Shown: positions 23,220-34,300 of the stretch, in pieces
Position numbering within the stretch: position 1 is the first letter of the stretch
Layout: the number at the start of each line of letters is the position of its first letter
Origin: Leucoraja ocellata
Taxonomy: Eukaryota
Assembly (NCBI GenBank): GCA_036785375.1
Contig: JAWMAR010001356.1
Span: forward strand, 248,001 to 293,931
Direction: 5' to 3'
DNA length: 45,931 nt
The notes under the pieces: model-generated
Database searches by the model: none
What the model saw: the letters and a program-made list of their open reading frames with translations, nothing else
What the model was told of the DNA's origin: nothing
Made by a program: the position numbers and the translations under genes

Positions 23220-23809
23220 CCTTTATGGTTTATGTATATCATCTTACAAGACAAATAAATTAATAGCGATTATTTAAATCAAAGTAGCTTCTGATACATG
23301 AGAATAAACTATTATCTCTAACTTGCCTCTCACACACAGACACACATTCATATAAATATATTAAATATATATACGTTAAATTTAATTTTTGCAGTGTGTG
23401 TTAAAGCAATACAATGCAAGGGAAACTACACAAAGGAGGGGTCTGTTCCCGCTACAAGATACTTGAGGATCTTTGCTTTGGATCAAAGATTATAGCGGAG
23501 CTCTATAATCTTTGCTTTGAATCACAGCGGGTGGAATACCGGAAGTCGAGTGTCGCTGTAACAAATGGCGGCCGTGACGTTCCGTTGCGTACTACACGTC
23601 AGCCCATTGAATTTCGAAGGAGTGGTCTATCTTGTCCCTCTACGATCTTTGATTTGAAGTGTGATCTGCGAATGGAACATTGCAGAGTTGGGTTCCTCCT
23701 CCGTCACCAACAGCTCCTGGGCCTCTGTTGAAACAAGCCCCCGCGCTGGGTTTGTAAACCTACCGCACGGACATCGCTCCTCCCTCACCAACGGCTCCTG
23801 GGCCTCACC

Positions 23810-24127
23810 TACACCTGGAGTATTGCGTACAGTTTTGGTCTCCTAATCTGAGGAAAGACATTCTTGCCATAGAGGGAGTACAGAGACGGTTCGCCAGACT
23901 GATTCCTGGGATGTCACAGAAGGTAGTTGAGGCCAGTTCATTGGCTATATTTAAGAGGGAGTTAGATGTGGCCCTTGTGGCTAAAGGGGTCAATGGGTAT
24001 GGAGAAAAGGCAGGGACGGGATACTGAGTTGGATGATCAGCCATGATCATATTGAATGGCAGTGCAGTCTCGAAGGGCCGAATGGCCTACTCCTGCACCT
24101 ATTTTCTATGTTTCTATGTTTCTATGT
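23810..24127 (+). mobile_element. CR1-type 3' fragment with an internal deletion
   Basis: CACCTGGAGTATTGC...GGGATGTCA is joined to CAGAAGGTAGTTG. Tail present. Confidence 0.88.
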
Positions 24128-24129
24128 GG

Positions 24130-24610
24130 AGGGTGCAATGATTCTAAATTGGAGAAATCGGTGTTTATACTGTTCCATTGTAAGATATTCCAGCGGATCA
24201 TCATCGGGTGCTGCTCTCCACTGTGTGTGAGGCCAAGGTTAACAATGGAAGATGCTCGGTGTGGGAATGGGAAGCAGAGCTTAACTGACTGTGAACCTTA
24301 TGGAGAAAGCGTAAATGGTCATCAAAACGTTCGCCTAGTGTACGCTTGGTCTCACCAATGTACACGAATGAGCATCGCGGGAGACAAATGCTGCACACGT
24401 GATCTGCAGAGGTGGATGTGAATCTCAGTCTGAACTAGGACGACTGCCTGCGTGGCTGGTGAAACAGGAGCTGTCGGGCAAGGGGTTACATTCCATGCGG
24501 ATGTTGGGGAAATGCTTGGGAATGGTGCAGTTTCGGTGGGCAGAGATGAGCAGACCAAGCAACTGCGGACAATGTGGTCTCAACAGAAAGCAGAAGGGGT
24601 GGAAACGGAA
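24130..24610 (-). mobile_element. Penelope-like element GIY-YIG endonuclease fragment
   Basis: RCSFVYIGETKRTLGERFDDHLR in ORF 24201-24398. Confidence 0.8.
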
Positions 24611-24611
24611 A

Positions 24612-25020
24612 GATAGAGTCATAGAAACATAGAGTGATACAGTGTGGAAACAGGCCCTTCGGCCCAACTTGCCCGCACCAACCAACATGTCCCAGCTACA
24701 CTCGTCCCACCTGCCTGCGTTTGGTCCATATCCCTCCAAACCTGTCCTATCCATGTACCTGTCCAACTGTTTCTTAAACGATGGGATAGTCCCATCCTCA
24801 TCTACCTCCTCTGGCAGTTTGTTCCATATGCCCATCACCCTCTGTGTGAAAATGTTACCCATCGTATTCCTATTAAATCTTTTCCCCTTCACCTTGAACC
24901 CATGTCCTCTGGTCCTTGATTCCCCTATTCTCTTCATTTTGTACCCTATAAGATCACCCCTCATCCTCCTCCGCTCCATGAAATAGTGAAGTGGCCTACT
25001 CAACCTCTCCCTATAGCTAA
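24612..25020 (-). mobile_element. Second CR1-type LINE family (HER1-like) 3' end
   Basis: RTRGHGFKVKG...FTQRV motif. The tail GGGCCGAAGGGCCTGTTTCC resembles the V-SINE tails. Confidence 0.8.
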
Positions 25021-25169
25021 CACTCTCTGTAGACGTAAAGCCAGCCAAGCCGTCACTATGTTCTGCCAGATTCTGAAAGTATTTGACATTGTCAATGGGA
25101 ATTATCATCATTTATTCACATTTAAACTCTTTGACATGTCATTTTTACCATGTTATGCTGTTTATCATA

Positions 25170-25607
25170 TGCTGAGAGAATGGAGCAGCTGGGCTTGTAA
25201 ACTCTGGAGATTTGGTGGATGAGAGGGGATCTTATTGAAATATAAAATTATTCAGAGTTTGGACACGCTAGAGGCAGGAAACATGTTCCCGATGTTGGGG
25301 GAGTCCAGAACCAGGGGCCACAGTTTAAGAATAAGGGGTCGGCCATTTAGAACGGAGATGAGGAAACACATTTTCGCACAGAGAGTTGTGAGTCTGTGGA
25401 ATTCTCTGCCTCAGAGGGCGGTGGAGCCGGTTCTCTGGATACTTTCAAGAGAGAGCTAGATAGGGCTCTTAAAGATAGCGCAGTCAGCGGATATGGGGAG
25501 AAAGCAGGAACGGGGTACTGATTGGGGATGATCAGCCATGATCACATTGAATGGCGATGCTGGCTCAAAGGGCCAAATGGGCTACCTCTGCACCTATTGT
25601 CTATTGT
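25170..25607 (+). mobile_element. CR1-type 3' end
   Basis: ORF 25235-25459 and a (TATTGTC)n tail. Confidence 0.88.
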
Positions 25608-25690
25608 TGCATATGGGACATGCTCCAGGGTAATATTTATAATGCAATTTCATGAACAACAATGTTGTACACTGAAAAATATTATAGTAA

Positions 25691-26022
25691 TGCCCCTGTC
25701 CCACTTAGCAAACCTGAACGGAAACCTCTGGAGACTTTGCGCCCCACCCAAGGTTTCCGTGCGGTTCCCGGAGGTTGCAGGTGGTTGCCGGAGGTTGCAG
25801 GTAGTGGAAGGTAGACAAAAATGCTGGAGAAACTCAGCTGGTGCAGCAGCATTTATGGAACAAAGGAAATAGACAATGTTTCGGGCCGAAACCCATCTTC
25901 TTGCTGGTAGTGGAAGCAGGCAGGGGGACTGACAAAAACCTCTGGGAACCGCACGGAAACCTTAGGTGGGGCGCAAAGTCTCCAGAGGTTTCTGTTCAGG
26001 TTTCCTAAGTGGGACAGGGGCA
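25691..26022. mobile_element. MITE with ~90-bp TIRs (PIF/Harbinger-like), carrying a Penelope-derived insert at ~25811-25900
   Basis: TGCCCCTGTCCCACTTAG ... CTAAGTGGGACAGGGGCA, with flanks TAA and TAG. Confidence 0.75.
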
Positions 26023-26739
26023 TAGGATCATGAATAGACATGAACAATAACGATTGCAGCAAGGTAGGCCATTAGGCCTTTAAAACTGGTTCAGCCTTCA
26101 ACCCATTCATTGCTGATCGTCATGTGTCCGATTCTTCAAAATATTATTAGACCTCTCCAACTCCAAGAACTGCATCTAGCAGATTTGTGAATGGATGTAA
26201 TGAGTATTAATCATTTACACTTCTCACTTCCAGTCCAGAGTGGCTTTGGGTCCAAACTGTCAGAGAGCACAATTAAATGATGAATCCTAAAGACCCATTG
26301 GTTAACCAATTGCGTCGCCAGTTATGGGTATGAGACACGTGTTGCTGGGCAGATCTTGGAGTTGTTAGTTTGCAGTCAGCAGCTCTGTGCATCGGGCTGG
26401 AACCAGTACATTAATTTCTCTAAATAATCCACAGGTGCTTCCGTTCTCCTCCTGCTCTTTGCTAAGGGTGGAGTGTTGGACTCCAGCCACATCATATGTG
26501 GGAGAAAGGTGAAATCAAATGGAATCAGAATAAATATGAAATGCCATTCATTTTTTAAAATTCAGCCTGAACGGCGAGTTGTGAGGCTAATAACATTGTG
26601 AGACACAGATGTGGCAGGGAAAACGTAACATTTTGGACAATCATTCATGATCAAGTTTATAATAACATATTTTATTGCCATTGCACATATGTGCAACGAG
26701 ATTTGGTATGCAGCTTCCATCCGATGTTTCTATGTTTCT

Positions 26740-28196
26740 AACGTGTAATCTGAGATCAAACTGCCCACTCATGTGATCTATCTGTTATCTTTTGTACTCC
26801 TATGTTATATCAAATCCATTTTAATTCGCTGCCGTATCGATCAGGTTCCTCGTGTCTTGTCTAAGACTACATGTTCATTAAATCCATGTGGGGAAAACTA
26901 AATTAACTTTATTAACGCCTCACACTAATTGTTTGTGTTTATGTGGCTCTGCAAATACGGTCTTTGTTATCATAAGAGTACGCATTGAATAAATGACAGA
27001 ATGACTAATAGCATAAGGAAGGAATGCATTTAAGATTCTGCCGAATCAGAATATCCCCCCTCTTCTACATTTTCTGTGGCGAAATTATGAATGATGGGCA
27101 AGAGGTCACCATGTAACTGAAAGGAAACATCTGTGTCGGCCGTGCTGCTAAATTAATCAGGCACTTGCAGTCTGCTGCTCAAACACTGAAAACTGTGATG
27201 ATGAATTACAACTAACAAAATAAAAAACTACCTCGCAATCTATATCTCGCAAACTTCCAGCTACCAATCGTATTGATTGCATGCTGCATCATTTCAATTA
27301 AACTGTCAGGAGTATCAATTCTGATCGTGTAAATCCCGGCTACTGTGTTTGATTGGGATTAACTTTCACGTTTACAGTGGGATCAATGTCTCTTAGATTC
27401 TGTATGGAATCTGTTTAGAGATTATCTGACAGAGTTATAAGGTAGTTCATATAGTGGGTATGATTGCTAGTCACACACCACACAGATGAGTAAAAATGTG
27501 TAAAATACCGAATGGATACTCATTATATTCCAGTTTAGCGAAGGCCAGAGGTGTCCACATTGTTCCCCTTTGCACACTGAAGCCGCGTACATGAAATGAG
27601 CGCTTCTGCATGAAGGTCACTGGATGATATAATGTAGGCGTGTGTGAAAATGTAAAACATATCTGGGATGATCAGTGGGGTCTGGATTCCATGTTCTTTA
27701 GCCAGAGCACACAGACGTTTTACAAATCGACAAATGCTGTGATCCATGTGTTTCCCCGCGTATTTTCCTGCACCAGTCATCTCTTTCTGACTATTGTGGT
27801 AGAAATACTCCTTGGGCACATGCACTGCCCTACGCTTATGTTAAACCAATCAACCCTTATGATTTAATCGTCAATTAATTGTATATTTCACATTGTTTTA
27901 GTAAATTAATGCACCGCAATACAACAAAACCAATGATACTTTATTGCCACATGCAGCTAGGTACAGTGAAATTCTTTATTTTTGCATAAAATCTAGTAAA
28001 ATCGCACAGCAGACCTCACCCGAGGTAATGTACAAATAGTCGCCATGTTTCTGGGCCCAAGAAAGTTACAAAATGTTTATTGAACTGACATCAATGACAG
28101 GTCAGTCAAAAGTCAATGTCTTTGCACGGATAGAATCATTCCTTGATTTAACCATTTAATCACAGCTAAGCATTATCGGTACATCTGCTGGAGTCA
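26740..28196 (+). repeat. Copy 1 of a ~1.45-kb duplicated non-coding block
   Basis: Colinear with 39670-41991. Confidence 0.9.
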
Positions 28197-28509
28197 CTCC
28201 ACGGGCAATGACACCACTGGTAAATACATGGTTATCTCCATAAACATTGTTCGTTCCAATTCTACAAGAGTAGAGGGATGTACTACTAATATAGTGAGCA
28301 AAGCCCTCGCAACTGTTTTTCGGACAAATATTATAGGGGAGGGTAATCCTTGACGTGACCCAATGACAAAGTTCACTTGACTCTCTCGCATGAAATGCAC
28401 TGGGACAAATGCAGTGTTGGTTGGATGCGGAGACGATATCCCTCCATACACTATAAATCGCACGGAGCGTGTATTTAATATGATGCTCCTGCTCATGTCC
28501 TAATGTGCA

Positions 28510-28785
28510 CACTGCCACACAGTTGCACAGATCCAGGTTCGATCCTTACCTCTGGAACTGTCTGTGTGGAGGTTGCCACCGCGTAGATTTACTCCGGGGG
28601 CTCCGGTTTCCTACCACATCCCAAAGATATACGGGTCTGTAGGTGTAATGGGCTGTGTATTATTGCCTTTTATATGTTCGATGTGGAAGAGAGTGGGATA
28701 ACAATAAACTAGTGTGAACAGCAGGTCGATGTTCACCATGGACTCGTTACGCACAAGGGCCTGTATCCATGCGGCATCTTAAAAA
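28510..28785 (+). mobile_element. Degenerate V-SINE
   Basis: B box GGTTCGATCC, core CTCCGGTTTCCTACCACATCCCAAAGA, tail AAGGGCCTGTATCC. Confidence 0.75.
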
Positions 28786-28944
28786 TTACAATTAAATATA
28801 GTCACAAGGATAGATACCTAAAAGGGCTATTTCCATTAATTCTCATGAATGCTTCTCTTGCACTGCTCACTCTTCTACGCCCAAAATATTCTCAGGTCAT
28901 TGAAAATGTAGATCATGAAGATCGTGTTAAATCCAATAACCATA

Positions 28945-30810
28945 TAACAATTACAGCACGGAAACAGGCCATCTCGACCCTTCTAGTCCGTGCCGAACAC
29001 GTATTCGCCCTATGTCCCATACACCTGCGTTCAGACCATAACCCTCCATTCCTTTCCCGTCCATATAACTATCCAATTTATTTTTAAATGATAAAAACGA
29101 ACCTGCTTCCACCACCTTCACTAGAAGCTCATTCCACACAGCCACCACTCTCTGAGTAAAGAAGTTCCCCCTCATGTTACCCCTAAACTTTTGTCCCTTA
29201 ATTCTCAAGTCATGTCCTCTTGTTTGAATCTTCCCTACTCTCAGTGGGAAAAGCTTATCCACGTCAACTCTGTCTATCCCTCTCATCATTTTAAATACCT
29301 CTATCAAGTCCCCCCTTAACCTTTTGCGCTCCAAAGAATAAAGCCCTAACTTGTTCAACCTTTCTCTGTAACTTAGTTGCTGAAACCCAGGCAACATTCT
29401 AGTAAATCTCCTCTGTACTCTCTCTATTTTGTTGACATCCTTCCTATAATTAGGCGACCAAAATTGTACACCATACTCCAAAATTGGCCTCACCAATGCC
29501 TTGTACAATTTTAACATTACATCCCAACTTCTGTACTCAATGCTCTGATTTATAAAGGCCAGCACACCAAAAGCTTTCTTTACCACCCTATCTACATGAG
29601 ATTCCACTTTCAGGGAAATGTGCACAGTTATTCCCAGATCCCTCTGTTCACCTGCATTCTTCAATTCCCTACCATTTACCATGTACGTCCTATTTTGATT
29701 TGTCCTGCCAAGAAATAGCACCTCACACTTATCAGCATTAAACTCCATTTGCCATCTTTCAACCCACTCTTCCAACTGGCATAAATCTCTCTGTAGACTT
29801 TGAAAATCTACTTTGTATGCGTGTGGTACACCAGCTGCACAGCGGCTCAGAGGAAAGCGCTCCAGAGGGCCATTGACAACGCGCAGAGGATTGTCGGCTG
29901 CCCTCTCCTTACCTTGGAGGACTTACACAGTTCCCGCTGCACCAAAAAATCCCAGAATATCATAAAGGACATTTCCCACCCCGGACACTCCCTGTTTGAA
30001 CTGTTGCCGTCACGCAGACGGTACAGATCTACAAGGACAAGGACAAATAGATTAAAAAACAGTTTTTACCCCACTGCTATAAAAGCACTAAATGTAGCCG
30101 CCAAGGAACGCAGGGGCGATACAGACTAAGGGACTGGTACACTGTGAAATTGACAGAAGGATGGAGGGTTGGGTGTGTATGCGTGCTTTGTTCGTGATAT
30201 TTATTTAGTTGTATATCTTTTAATATTTTACCTTGTATGTATCGTTAGCTTTTAGAAATGTTTGAATGCTGCACTGACTGGCTGACATTTTAAATTTCGT
30301 TGTACATGGTTCATGTTACAATGACAATAAAGAAACTATTCTATTCTACTATTCTACTTCATTATCCACAACCCCACCTATCTTAGTATAATCTGCATAC
30401 TTACTAATCCAATTTACCACACCATGATCCAGATCATTGATGTACCTGACAAACAACAGTGGACCCAACACAGATCCCTGTGGAACCCCACTAGTCACCT
30501 GCCTCCAACCTGACAAACAACCATCCACCATTACTCTCTGGCATCTCCCATTCAGCCACTGTTGAATCCATCTTGCTACTCCTCCATTAATCCCCAACCA
30601 TTGAACCTTCTTAACCAACCTTCCGTGAGGAACCTTGTCAAAGGCCTTACTGAAGTCCATATATACAACATCCACTGCTTTACCCTCATCAATTTCCCGA
30701 GTAACCTTTTCAAAAAATTCAAGAAGATTAGTCAAACATGACCTTCCAGGCACAAATCCATGTTGACTGTTCCTAATCAGACCCTGTTTATCCAGATGCT
30801 TATATATTAT
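28945..30810 (-). mobile_element. HER1-like CR1-type LINE RT region, split by a Rex1 insertion
   Basis: ORFs 30349-30921 (QHGF...YADYTKIGG) and 28951-29775 form one continuous RT sequence. Confidence 0.9.
29814..30352 (+). mobile_element. Rex1/Babar LINE 3' end with TSD TCTACTT
   Basis: HPGHSLFELLPSRRRYRS...RLKNSFYP, (CTATT)n tail. TSD at 29807-29813 and 30353-30359. Confidence 0.85.
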
Positions 30811-31376
30811 AAAGAGGCATAAACATTGGCCAGAGGAAGCAGCAAACCGGAGGACTGGGAGACATTTAGAATTCAACAGAGGAGGACATTGAGGGGGGAA
30901 ATAGAGCATGAAAGAAAGCATGTGGAGAATTTAACAACTGACTGTAAAATCTTTTAAAGATATGTGAAGAGGAAGAGATTAGTGAAGGCAAATATAGGTC
31001 CCTTACAGTCAGAAACGGGTGGATTTATAATGGGAATTTATAATGGGAAACATGAAAAGGCAGACCAGTTAAACGAATACTTTAGTTTTGTCTTCACTAA
31101 GGACGACACAAACAATCTCCCGGAAAAACTAGGGGAGCGAAGATCTACTGGCAGGCAGTGACTAGTGGGGTGCCGCAAGGATCGCTGCTGGGACCCCCGT
31201 TATTTACAATATATATTAATGATTTAGATGATGGAATTAAATGAAACAATAAGTTTGCGGGTGACGCAATGCTGGGTGGTAGTGTGGGCTGCGAGGAAGA
31301 TTCTATGAGGCTGCGGGGTGACTTGTATAGGTTAGTTGAGTGGGAAGAAGCAGGGCAGTGCTGTTTAATGTGGATT

Positions 31377-34300
31377 AATAGTAAGATTAAACGAGAAATT
31401 ACCAGTTTGAAGTTTGATCTTTATTTTATGAGGAGTTACGATGAGGGATTACGTGAAGACCCCACCAGCACGCATGCGCGTATTTCTACAAAGCAGCGGT
31501 GTGGAATCACAGTAATAATAATTGAAATAAACATAGTAAGATAAGAAGAACTAGGATACCAGTTGACCTTTATAATAGAGGGTGGGAGCGGAGGGCACGT
31601 AATCCCTCATCGTAACTCCTTATAAAATAAAGATCAAACTTCAAACTGGTAAGTTCTCGTTTATCTTACTATTTTACTTCGGAGTCACATGAGTGACTAC
31701 GTGAAGATTTTAAAGATCTGTGATTTCATGCCGTGGAAACGAGTCCTTGCTTCACTCACTGCCTTAGTTGACCAGGGGAAGAAGTATGTTATCGTATTCA
31801 GACATGAATAATGATGATAGTAACCTCCCTCACCTGGGAGGAACTATGAACAGAACTTAACATAGAGTTTGTAAATACCCCAGATCTGGTAATGGGTTAG
31901 TACTAAATGTGTGGAAAATCGCTAGATTGACCATCCTGCAACTGCTAGGATGTGGTCCCGCTTACTTCCATGATCCTGCTGCTGAGGTTGTTGTAGCCTT
32001 GGTGGATTTGAAATGTCAGTATTTACTCCTGTATAAGCCAGACCCATAATCACCTGAAGATGGTCTGAAGTGATACCTTCTTTTGAGGGTAGATGTAACT
32101 AACAATATTGCTAGTTCAGAGTCTCTAGGCTCTTGTGATCTAACATTGTGGTGTAGATGTGTGACCATACACAATCGAAGCTTCATGGGATATGTGAACA
32201 TCTAGTTAGAGATCTGGTGCCCCTGGTCTATACTGCTTGACTAAGTCATAACATAAGTGTTATTTAGCCTGCAGATATAATCATCCTGTCCAGTCAACGT
32301 TTATGAAATGACTCGACCCGTAGTGCTGCATGCAGGGCTATGAGCATAACCACCTATAAGTGAGTTAGCCCAAGGACAGGGATGTAGCAGGAGCCCTTCA
32401 GCGAAGCGACGTGGCACAACGTTAACACCCCATATCTCTGCGTCCCTAGGCCTGGGAGGTTTCGAGTTGCTGATTTCCTTCATAATCTAGAACTCAGAGG
32501 GTGAGCCCCCCAGAGTGGATTCTACTCCTCCCAGCCAGTATGATGAAGCACTTTAGGTATGGTAGATGGCACTTTAGACATCATGATTTGTCAAGCCCTC
32601 ATATGAGCCTGAACTACAAGACGTCAGTCATCGTGCCAAATATGCAATATAATTATAAAACAAATACCTCCCATCTCCTTATGCGGAAATATTGTTATTT
32701 TTTGGTGCTATCCCTGCGATCTAAGGGGCAGAAAACGCTGAAGGAAATGAAACACTAAGGGGCAGAAAACGCTGGTGGGTGTTGTGTACAGGCCACCTAA
32801 CAGTAGTAGTGAAGTTGGAGATGGTATCAAACAGGAAATTAGAAATGCATGCGACAAAGGCAAAACAGTTATAATGGGTGACTTCAATCTACATATAGAT
32901 TGGGTGAATCAAATTGGCAGGGGTGCTGAGGAAGAGGATTTCTTGGAATGTATGTGGGATAGTTATCTAAATCAACATGTAGAGGAACCAACGAGAGAGC
33001 AGGCTATTTTAGACTGGGTATTGGGTAATGAGGAAGGGTTAGTTAGCAATCTTGTTGTACGTGCCCCCTTGGGCAAGAGTGACCATAATATGGTTGAGTT
33101 CTTCATTAGGATGGAGAGTGACATTGTTAATTCAGAAACAATGGTTCTGAACTTAAAGAAAGGTAACTTTGAGGGTATGATACGTGAATTGGCCAAGATT
33201 GACTGGCAATTAATTCTAAAAGGGTTGACGGTGGATATGCAATGGAAGACATTTAAAGACTGCATGGATGAACTACAAACATTGTTCATCCCAGTTTGGC
33301 AAAAGAATAAATCAGTGAAGGTAGTACATCCATGGATAACAAGGGAAATCAGGGGTAGTATCAAAGCGAAGGATGATGCGTACAAATTAGCCAGAAAAAG
33401 CAGCATACCGGAGGACTGGGAGAAATTCAAAGACCAGCAGAGGAGGACAAAGGGCTTAATTAGGAAAGGAAAAATAGATTATGAAAGAAAACTGGCAGGG
33501 AACATAAAAACTGACTGCAAAAGTTTTTATAGATATGTGAAAAGAAAGAGATTAGTTAAAACAAATGTAGGTCCCTTGCAGTCAGAAACAGGTGAGTTGA
33601 TCATGGGTAACAAGGATATGGCGGACCAATTGAATATCTACTTAGGTTCCGTCTTCACTAAGGAAGACATAAATAATTTGCCGGAAATAGCAGGGGACCG
33701 CGGGTCAAAGGAGTTGGAGGAATTGAGTAAAATCCAGGTTAGCCGGAAAGTGGTGTTGGGTAAATTGAATGGATTAAAGGCCGATAAATCCCCAGGGCCA
33801 GTTAGGCTTCATCCCAGAGTACTTAAGGAAGTAGCTCCAGAAATAGTGGATGCATTAGTAATAATCTTTCAAAACTCTTTAGATTCTGGAGTAGTTCCTG
33901 AAGATTGGCGGGTAGCAAACGTAACCCCACTTTTTAAGAAGGGAGGGAGAGAGAAAATGGGGAATTACAGACCAGTTAGTCTAACATCGGTAGTGGGGAA
34001 ACTGCTAGAGTCAGTTACTAAAGATGGGATAGCAGCACATTTGGAAAATGGTGAAATCATTGGACAAAGTCAGCATGGATTTACGAAAGGTAAATCATGT
34101 CTGACGAATCTTATAGAATTTTTCGAGGATGTAACTAGTAGCGTGGATAGGGGAGAACCAGTGGATGTGGTGTAACTGGACTTCCAGAAGACTTTCGACA
34201 AGGTCCCATATAAGAGATTAGTGTACAAACTTAAAGCACATGGCATTGGGGTTCAGTATTGATGTGGATGGAGAACTGACTGGCAAACAGGAAGCAAAGA

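Larger units (their letters stand above)
20191..23651 (+). mobile_element. Non-autonomous P-superfamily (THAP-containing) DNA transposon
   Basis: Perfect 33-bp TIRs (20191-20223, 23619-23651). 8-bp TSD ATTTGAAG at 20183-20190 and 23652-23659. THAP-like first exon. Confidence 0.85.

Noticed and set aside
7851-26508. Possible small plus-strand exons (7851-7884, ~14802-14855, ~26435-26508)
   Set aside because: Splice-like flanks only, with no recognisable protein or coherent gene model. RNA-seq would be needed.
28350-28480. TGACGTGA, CCAAT and TATAAAT cluster as a promoter
   Set aside because: No downstream gene was seen, and such short motifs are expected by chance.
32775-34175. 466-aa ORF as a host gene or active LINE
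   Set aside because: It is a 5'-truncated CR1 ORF2 with a premature stop and later frameshifts.
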